NCBI GenBank assembly: GCA_036339465.1
Contig: JAYZAY010000052.1
Coordinates: 1-10,367 of the forward strand
Length of the DNA: 10,367 nt
Origin: Myxococcota bacterium
GTDB taxonomy: Bacteria; Myxococcota; XYA12-FULL-58-9; JABJBS01
Reading direction: 5' to 3'
Of the stretch, positions 1 through 6,322 are shown in pieces. Under the pieces are notes generated by a model. The model had not been told where the DNA came from and searched no databases. It saw only the letters and a list, made by a program, of their open reading frames with translations. The translations under genes were made by a program, and so were the position numbers. The first letter of the stretch is position 1; each line of letters begins with the position of its first letter.

Positions 1-2
1 AT

Positions 3-746
3 GCATTCGATATTCGCTATGCCGAAGCTTTGGGGATTGATGCCAACCTGCTCTTGGTCTCTCAACCAGACAACGGCGAACAGGCGTTAGAAATCTGTGA
101 GACCCTCATCCGCTCAGGAGCGGTTGATCTGGTGGTCTTAGATTCAGTCGCTGCGCTCGTTCCAAAAGCCGAAATAGAAGGTGAAATGGGCGATCACCAC
201 ATGGGACTCCAAGCCAGACTGATGAGCCAGGCTATGCGAAAACTCACAGGCATCATTTCCCGAACAGGTTGCGCCTTGATCCTCATCAATCAACTCCGAC
301 AAAAGATAGGCGTTGTCTTCGGAAATCCAGAGGTTACAACCGGTGGAAACGCGCTCAAATTTTATTCATCAATCCGCATCGAGGTCCGCAGAATCGGTTC
401 CCTAAAATCCAACGGAGAAACAAATGGGCACCGAACCAGAGTCCGAATCGTCAAAAATAAAATGGCGCCCCCTTTCCGAGATGCGGAAGTCGATATGATC
501 TACGGACGAGGAATCGTGCGATCCCTAGAACTCATCGACCTGGCACTCAGCGAAGACATCCTGCAGCGCTCCGGCAATTGGATTTCGTTTGATTCGGTAC
601 GTCTGGGGCAAGGGAGAGATAAAGCTTCAAGATTTCTCGAATCTAACTCGGAAATCATGAAAGAAGTGGAAGTAAAATTGATGGGCGATACCCCAGAAGA
701 TAGCCCGAACCAGCCCGAAAAGAAAAAGCGTCAAAAAGCAGCGTAG
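3..746 (+). CDS. recA: Recombinase RecA, 5'-truncated by the window edge
   Basis: The frame is open from nt 3 ([13 protein letters not shown]..., matching the RecA 'EHALDPxYAxxLGVD' region), so the TTG at 30 is not the real start. Hallmark motifs: [12 protein letters not shown], Walker [68 protein letters not shown]. Stop TAG at 744-746. Confidence 0.99.
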   Translation, partial: AFDIRYAEALGIDANLLLVSQPDNGEQALEICETLIRSGAVDLVVLDSVAALVPKAEIEGEMGDHHMGLQARLMSQAMRKLTGIISRTGCALILINQLRQKIGVVFGNPEVTTGGNALKFYSSIRIEVRRIGSLKSNGETNGHRTRVRIVKNKMAPPFRDAEVDMIYGRGIVRSLELIDLALSEDILQRSGNWISFDSVRLGQGRDKASRFLESNSEIMKEVEVKLMGDTPEDSPNQPEKKKRQKAA

Positions 747-775
747 AAGAGCCTCGGCAATCGCATTTCAGGAAG

Positions 776-1576
776 TTGGCACCTAAAGAGAAACAAGGTA
801 TGCCACCGGAGATGAATGCACGCCCGCCAGTTACAAGCGATGAATTCCGGGATCACAACGAGTATCCCATGGCACGGCGAATGGTCCTACTCCTTCTTCT
901 TGCGCTCTTAATCGTCAAAACCATAGCGACATTACCGTGGATTGGTCCACTGGCAGTGACTGCAGTAGCCGCTCTACAACTCTACTGGCCCATCCTCAGG
1001 GCAGAGAAACTTGGATATCCCTATGAATGGTTGGGCATCAAAAAAAGCGAAATTCCACAAGATATTAAGATTGTCGCAATTTTGTGTCTTGTCACCTTCC
1101 CACTCTATGGGCTCGGCGTACACTGGTATATGACCGAAGCTTACGATTGGTTTTCGATTCCAGAAGTCGCTGCATGGCTACCCCATAAAACCTTCGCCCC
1201 CATGGAAAACCCAAAATGGTTTGACCTGTGGAAGGGCGCGCTCTGGTTGGGTGAAATTTCATTGATTCACATTCTCGGCGTGGCCCTTCCCGAAGAAATG
1301 TTTTATCGAGGATACCTTCAACCTCAAATGGAGAAGCGATTTTCCAAGCCGGGAACTCTTTTCGGAGTGCCTTTCGGACGAGGAACAATCATGACTGCCG
1401 CACTCTTTGCACTGGGGCATTTCGTGGGAGAATGGAACCCCCTAAGGCTGGCCCCGTTTTTCCCGAGTCTCATTTTCGCTTGGCAACGCAATCGTAATAA
1501 CTCTATCTTCGGCGCGATTCTCTACCACGGTTTGTGTAATATCTATGGAGAAATTCTATTTTCTCTCTATGTTTAA
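776..1576 (+). CDS. CPBP (Abi/CAAX-type) glutamic intramembrane protease, myxosortase-like
   Basis: Several hydrophobic segments plus CPBP motifs: LPEEMFYRGYLQ (EExxxR), LFALGH (FxxxH) and YHGLCN (HxxxN). RLAPFFPSLIFAWQR lies between motifs 2 and 4. The start is uncertain (TTG 776, or ATG 800, 812 or 869). Confidence 0.9.
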   Translation: MAPKEKQGMPPEMNARPPVTSDEFRDHNEYPMARRMVLLLLLALLIVKTIATLPWIGPLAVTAVAALQLYWPILRAEKLGYPYEWLGIKKSEIPQDIKIVAILCLVTFPLYGLGVHWYMTEAYDWFSIPEVAAWLPHKTFAPMENPKWFDLWKGALWLGEISLIHILGVALPEEMFYRGYLQPQMEKRFSKPGTLFGVPFGRGTIMTAALFALGHFVGEWNPLRLAPFFPSLIFAWQRNRNNSIFGAILYHGLCNIYGEILFSLYV

Positions 1577-3165
1577 GCCTTTTTACGATGAACGAAATAA
1601 AGCAGTTCGCGAAGTTCACGACTGCGCATCACCGCCGAAACACCAACAAAAACCAAGCCGCCCGCCAGTACTAAAATTGAGTAACCCACAACACTACTAG
1701 ACTCCAGGCCCACTTCAGGCATCACAACACCGCGGAGCCCCCAAACAACAACGGCCATGAAGCCAGTCGCGATTAAAGTCTTGAAAACCGCCATCCAAGT
1801 CTCTCCTGTGATAGCTCCAAGTTGATAATGTCTGAGCCAAATCCACAAGGCAGCGGTATGCCCCAGTGCAGCCAGGGTATTGGCTAAGGCAATGCCTCGA
1901 TGTCCCATGGAATCAACCCACAAATAACACCCCGCGATGTTCACAATCATAGAGAAAAAACCGGCCCAAAAAGGGCGCCATGTGTCTTGATGGGCGTAGA
2001 AGACCGAAATCCATACCCGGCTAAGGGCAATAAAGACCAACCCCAAGATATGTAGCTCTAGGGCGCCCGCTGTCATTTCCGTAGACAGGGCATTGAAAGT
2101 ACCTCTTTCAAAAAGCAAATGAACCGTTTCAGTGCGAACCAAATAAAGCCCCGCTGTCACAGGTAAACAGACAAAAATGGTCAAACGCACCCCGTATTGA
2201 ATGGTTTCAATGAGTTCCTCGTTCTTTCCCGCCGCCACATACTTGGAGATCGTCGGAAGAATCGCCGTCGATAACGCCACCACAAAAACACCCAAGGTAA
2301 GCTCGAGCAAACGATTCGAGAATTGGAGAGAGGAAACCGCCCCGTCCCCAGCCCCCCATGCAATTGCTTGAGACACGAAAACATTGACCTGATACACACC
2401 CGCCCCAAATAGGGTAGGTACGAGTAATTTGAGGGCTCGTTTCACCTTTTCTGAAAGTCTAAAATCAAATCTCCAGTGAAAACCGACCTCTCGGAGATAG
2501 GGAAGTTGAAATCCGATTTGAACGACCCCACCCAACAAAACACCAATGGCGAAACCATAAGCCGGCTGCGTAAATATGGAGGCGAACGCGACCGCACACC
2601 CAATAATTGAGAGATTAAGTAAAACAGCCGTAAAAGCACTCACCCAAAATACGTGAAAAGTATTCAAAATCCCCTGTGCTAGGGCGGCCCAACCAACAAA
2701 GGCGAGATAGGGAAACATCAAACGCGTCAATTCGGTGGTTAATTCGAAAGCCTCTAAACGAATTTCCGTGTTTGAAAACCAGGCAAAACAAGTCACGATG
2801 CCCCCAGCAAAGAGCACCCCAAAACCGGCAACACCGCATAAAAACCAGATTGAAAACGAGTAAAACTGTTGGGCAAAGGTAAAAGCTTCAAGATCCCCTT
2901 CTTTTTCGCGGGTTTCTGAAAGCACCGGAACGAAAGCGGCGCTCATCGCCCCCTCGGCCATCATCCTCCTTAAAAGATTCGGGATTTGAAAAGCGATTCC
3001 GAAAGCGTCCGAAGCAAAAGAGGTGCCCAAATAGTGGGCCCGAACCTGCTCACGCACCAAACCCAAAATCCGGGAAAGCAGGGTCACACCACTCATCGAT
3101 AGTGTCGCTTTTAGGAGGCGCCGCTTATTGCCTTGACGCTTATCATCGCCACTCATAAGAGCCAT
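1573..3165 (-). CDS. murJ: Lipid II flippase MurJ (MviN)
   Basis: 530-aa polytopic membrane protein. MurJ motifs: TLLSRILGLVRE, SDAFGIAFQIPNLLRRMMAEGAMSAAFVP, RLMFPY, SNRLLEL, LFERGTF, FYAHQDTWRP, GIALA. Confidence 0.97.
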   Translation of the reverse strand: MALMSGDDKRQGNKRRLLKATLSMSGVTLLSRILGLVREQVRAHYLGTSFASDAFGIAFQIPNLLRRMMAEGAMSAAFVPVLSETREKEGDLEAFTFAQQFYSFSIWFLCGVAGFGVLFAGGIVTCFAWFSNTEIRLEAFELTTELTRLMFPYLAFVGWAALAQGILNTFHVFWVSAFTAVLLNLSIIGCAVAFASIFTQPAYGFAIGVLLGGVVQIGFQLPYLREVGFHWRFDFRLSEKVKRALKLLVPTLFGAGVYQVNVFVSQAIAWGAGDGAVSSLQFSNRLLELTLGVFVVALSTAILPTISKYVAAGKNEELIETIQYGVRLTIFVCLPVTAGLYLVRTETVHLLFERGTFNALSTEMTAGALELHILGLVFIALSRVWISVFYAHQDTWRPFWAGFFSMIVNIAGCYLWVDSMGHRGIALANTLAALGHTAALWIWLRHYQLGAITGETWMAVFKTLIATGFMAVVVWGLRGVVMPEVGLESSSVVGYSILVLAGGLVFVGVSAVMRSRELRELLYFVHRKKA

Positions 3166-3237
3166 CTATCCCATGCAGCGCATAATCCAAAATTTTCATT
3201 GGGGATCAGGTGACCATGGAACGTTTTTAGTGACTCC

Positions 3238-3243
3238 AAGGAG
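3238..3243 (+). promoter_or_regulatory. Shine-Dalgarno AAGGAG for the YkgJ-family gene
   Basis: AAGGAG abuts ATG 3244 with no spacing but lies 6 nt before the in-frame TTG at 3250, which is therefore the more plausible start. Confidence 0.55.
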
Positions 3244-3765
3244 ATGGAATTGACCACCACAAAACCCCACCCATCACTTCGAATTATCGAGGACCGGAGG
3301 GCGCAGTTGGACCCATTATTCCAAAAACTTCACCTCCGATTCGAAAACCTGCTTCAATGTGGGAAGGGCTGCCATGAATGCTGTGTCGATGAGCTGACAG
3401 TTTTTGAGGTTGAAGCTCAGAGCATTCAGGCCCGCTATCCCCATGTACTCAAGGAAAAACCCCACCCCCCTGGAAAATGTGCATTTCTAAATTTTGACGG
3501 TGAATGCAGGGTTTACGAAGCCCGGCCCTATGTTTGTCGCTCCCAAGGCCTCCCCCTACGATGGGTCGATGAGCACCAAGGCGAATGGGTCGAATTTAGA
3601 GATATCTGCCCATTGAACGATGAAAACATAGATCTCGAAAAACTCGAAGAAAACCACTGCTGGACCCTGGGCCCCGAAGAAGAATTTCTTGCAACCACCC
3701 AAAGTCAAGAAGTCGCCCAACCAGGAAAGCGGGTTGAATTAAGATCGTTATTTACCATTCCCTAA
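3244..3765 (+). CDS. YkgJ-family cysteine-cluster (CxxCxxCC, Zn/Fe-chelating) protein
   Basis: Motifs LQCGKGCHECC, GKCAFL, CRVYEARPYVCR and CPLN are characteristic of the family. The true start may be TTG 3250. Confidence 0.92.
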   Translation: MELTTTKPHPSLRIIEDRRAQLDPLFQKLHLRFENLLQCGKGCHECCVDELTVFEVEAQSIQARYPHVLKEKPHPPGKCAFLNFDGECRVYEARPYVCRSQGLPLRWVDEHQGEWVEFRDICPLNDENIDLEKLEENHCWTLGPEEEFLATTQSQEVAQPGKRVELRSLFTIP

Positions 3766-4010
3766 CCCCGCCACCACTTGGCTTCGTGCTCCTCTACCAC
3801 CCATCGACAGTTACCTCAGTTCTTCCCCTAGAAGCATTAAGAACCCCCTTAAGCTATCAAAAAGACGGACGAAAAAAGATTTATTGGTCAAAAACACCCG
3901 TCACAAGAGTTAGGCCGAGACATCCAAGAGCTTCCCCATACCCCCCCCCTCACAAGTCCAGCCCCCAAAACTCTCATCCCAATACTGTTTCTATTTTGAG
4001 ACCAATCGAT

Positions 4011-4040
4011 TCATTTCCTGGCGCAACATTCCGGAAATGA
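4011..4040. repeat. Perfect 8-bp inverted repeat with 14-nt spacer
   Basis: TCATTTCC (4011-4018) and GGAAATGA (4033-4040). Function unknown. Confidence 0.6.
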
Positions 4041-4098
4041 GAATACCCGCATCTTTGTAACACTCATTGCCCCCCCTCAAGCCATTTATCCTAAGAGC

Positions 4099-4118
4099 GG
4101 AGAGAGGAGAGAGGAGAG
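4099..4118. repeat. Short tandem repeat (GGAGAGA) x ~2.9
   Basis: GGAGAGA GGAGAGA GGAGAG. GAGGAG (4111-4116) can pair with CTCCTC (4124-4129). Confidence 0.6.
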
Positions 4119-4659
4119 CGCTACTCCTCATCCAACTTAAATTCTCCATCCAGGACAGATTCAAAAACCCACGTTACTTCTATGCTCAGTCGTCGCTTTA
4201 CCAAATTCGTTCTCGGGCTCTAAATTCGGATGTTTGAAAGTGCGGACCATGACTTGAGCTATGCGCTGATTTACTTCAAGTCAATCCCTCCTTCTCTTTA
4301 TGCCCCCTTCACCCATCACCCCCTTTATATGAACTCACCACAGCTCTGCCCCTGTCCCCAATGCACAAACACAATGGTGAACAGAGCTCGACTCCACCAA
4401 AATTGCCCACAAAGAAATAGCATGGCACCAAAAACGCCTGCCCTACTGGCTCATCCTGAGCAATGAAGCGGTCCGCACTGTGGCCCCACCTGTGCGGCCA
4501 CTCTAGTGGAAACAGGAAGATCAAAAAAACTCCCTCGAATCGGTCACCAGGCACTGGTGGGTGCAAGCATCCTTGTCCAGCCCCCACTAACCGAAGGAAG
4601 CACCGGAAAACTTTCACATTTTCCTGGAACTTCTCGTTCGTTCCGCCGGAGAGACGAGC

Positions 4660-4863
4660 ATGTCGTCGATAACAGCCCCCACACCCGCAATGTTTCTATT
4701 CACTTGGGATGAGGAGGATCTCGGAGCCGTGTGGCTTCGTGGATATGCCGTCGAGCCGCGCCTATCGAGAAATGTTGATACCCTCGCTTTCCCAATAGTT
4801 GATGTAAAACCCAACAGTGATTTTATTGCAATCTGCGAGCAAGTGAACGCGAACTCACTTTGA
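4660..4863 (+). CDS. Hypothetical 67-aa protein, possibly the N-terminal half of a frameshifted gene continuing to 5171
   Basis: GGAG lies 8 nt before the ATG and the composition is protein-like (FLFTWDEEDLGAVWLRGYAVEPRL...). No family recognised. Confidence 0.4.
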   Translation: MSSITAPTPAMFLFTWDEEDLGAVWLRGYAVEPRLSRNVDTLAFPIVDVKPNSDFIAICEQVNANSL

Positions 4864-5171
4864 TTTTCGTCTCCGACCGAAGTGCTCAAGAAACCCTGAA
4901 ACGTAGCGCATTTGGTGACACAGAAAGGAACTGGAGCGCAGAGAAACATACCGCGCTTCGAGCTGCCACCACCACAATCAATGGACAAACCCTCAAAACT
5001 TGTTTCGAAAACCAAGCACAAGGTAACTGCGTTGGGCCAAGAGGTACCCTTCAGCCCAAAAAAGGCCGAGAAAAGAGGGTATCTGTCGTCTTTACCCAAG
5101 CCGAAAAAACCGCCAATCGCGACTTCCTTACCGACACTTTAACGTCGATCGAAATCATTGCCGCCTTTTAA
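4860..5171 (+). CDS. Hypothetical 103-aa protein, or C-terminal half of a frameshifted gene
   Basis: The TTG start overlaps the upstream TGA (TTGA). The frame is open from 4821 to TAA 5169-5171, 61 nt before the RlmN-family gene on the same strand. No family recognised. Confidence 0.4.
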   Translation: MIFVSDRSAQETLKRSAFGDTERNWSAEKHTALRAATTTINGQTLKTCFENQAQGNCVGPRGTLQPKKGREKRVSVVFTQAEKTANRDFLTDTLTSIEIIAAF

Positions 5172-5232
5172 GAATATCGTACGAGAAAATAAGTGATTGA
5201 CCGATGCCCAAGTCTTCGTTTAGGCCGGCGCT

Positions 5233-6273
5233 ATGGGAACCAATGCCAAAGCACATCTACTCAGTGCACCGCTTCGTGACGTCGAAACACTTTTGGAGAG
5301 CCGGGAGCGCGCTCGACACCCTTGGCGGCACTGGCAAAAAGGAGAAAATCCATTTGGGCCAAACTCTCAGTTGGGTCGAAAATCTCGTTTAAAGCTCCAA
5401 TCCCACTACGATTGTCGAACGCCAGAAGTCGTAACCCATCAAGTTAGCCCCTGTGGTACCCATAAACTCCTTTTGGAAACACAATACGGAAACAAAATAG
5501 AAACCGTTTTGATACCCGTTAAGAGCAGGACGACTCTTTGTATCTCCAGTCAGGTCGGATGCGCCAGGGGATGTCGGTTTTGTGTTACCGCAACCATGGG
5601 TCTCAGAAAAAACCTTCGCGCCGAGGAAATTTTGGGACAGGTTCTCATTGGCCTGCAGAAACAAACAGAACAAAACCTTGCGCCGTTGAGAAATATTGTC
5701 TTTATGGGCATGGGAGAGCCCCTCGATAATCTGAGAGAAGTTCACAGAACAATCGACCAGTTAACCGATCCCCGAACCCTGGGTTTCTCCAAGCGCTTCA
5801 TTACACTTTCTACCGTCGGCCCGTCCCCCTACAAGATCTCGCAATTAAGAAACGTAGGGGCCCAACTGGCATGGTCACTCCATGCAGTGGAACCTCAATT
5901 ACGAAAGAAGCTCATCCCCACAGCGCACCACAGTCCAGAAGAGCTCAGAGAATCATTTATAAAGATACTCACCAATAACCACGAAGGGCTTCTCATCGAG
6001 ATGACTTTGATCGCCGGATTGAACGATAGAGCTATTGATGCCTCTCGGCTAGCGGATTTCCTCAAGCCGCTTCCGGGGACCACACGTATTAACCTAATCC
6101 CAATGAACCCAGGAAGAGTCGGCCTAGAGCCAACCACAGCCCTCCGTCTGCAAAATTATGGGAAAATACTCAAAGCTGCGGGATACCGAACCCTCATTAG
6201 AACTGAACGGGGCTCATCAGCCAATGCCGCCTGTGGCCAGCTTCAGGCCCAAAACGAAAAACGCGCCCTTTAG
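5233..6273 (+). CDS. rlmN: RlmN/Cfr-family radical SAM RNA methyltransferase (probably rlmN or a paralogue)
   Basis: IETVLIP; TLCISSQVGCARGCRFC (resolving Cys plus CxxxCxxC); NIVFMGMGEPLDN; STVG; SLHA; GLND; INLIPMN; AACGQL (methyl-carrier Cys). Confidence 0.9.
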   Translation: MGTNAKAHLLSAPLRDVETLLESRERARHPWRHWQKGENPFGPNSQLGRKSRLKLQSHYDCRTPEVVTHQVSPCGTHKLLLETQYGNKIETVLIPVKSRTTLCISSQVGCARGCRFCVTATMGLRKNLRAEEILGQVLIGLQKQTEQNLAPLRNIVFMGMGEPLDNLREVHRTIDQLTDPRTLGFSKRFITLSTVGPSPYKISQLRNVGAQLAWSLHAVEPQLRKKLIPTAHHSPEELRESFIKILTNNHEGLLIEMTLIAGLNDRAIDASRLADFLKPLPGTTRINLIPMNPGRVGLEPTTALRLQNYGKILKAAGYRTLIRTERGSSANAACGQLQAQNEKRAL

Positions 6274-6322
6274 GACGGGCTTTCATCATCAACCCTCAGG
6301 AACATGAGTGACCGGATCAAAA

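Noticed and set aside
4121..4345. Minus-strand fragments VVSSYKGG and NQRIAQVMV, reminiscent of dUTPase motifs III and IV
   Set aside because: They lie in different frames with stops between them, motifs I, II and V are absent, and the similarity is too short to support a pseudogene call without a search.
4385..4399. GCTCGACTCCACCA resembling a tRNA or tmRNA 3' end
   Set aside because: No T-arm stem or matching acceptor-stem 5' strand, and the spacing is wrong.
4239..4479. IS or MITE call based on the 10-bp terminal inverted repeat
   Set aside because: No target-site duplication, no transposase and no second copy in the window; kept only as a candidate structure.
3786..4712. Short + strand ORFs (3786-4040, 4230-4466, 4463-4672, 4506-4712)
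   Set aside because: Pro/His/Ser-rich translations of C-skewed DNA with no convincing RBS or family motifs.
4858..4864. CTT TGA resembling the prfB (RF2) +1 frameshift site
   Set aside because: There is no upstream SD-like stimulator, the context is CTT TGA T rather than CTT TGA C, and the +1 frame closes at a TAG after about 15 codons. The long frame is -1.
4309..5099. Minus-strand ORFs 4614-5099 and 4309-4617
   Set aside because: No recognisable motifs or RBS. The composition looks like the antisense shadow of the + strand frames, though they cannot be excluded completely.
4224..5171. One + frame interrupted only by TGA (4464, 4710, 4776, 4800, 4818), suggesting selenoprotein or TGA recoding
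   Set aside because: Four of the five TGAs fall inside ORF 4660-4863 and are explained as NNT-GAN junctions of that frame. The readthrough product resembles no protein, stops are scarce in all frames here, and fadL uses TGA as a stop.
6266..6281. GCCC...GGGC hairpin at the end of rlmN as a terminator
   Set aside because: Only a 4-bp stem with a 3-nt T run; too weak to call.
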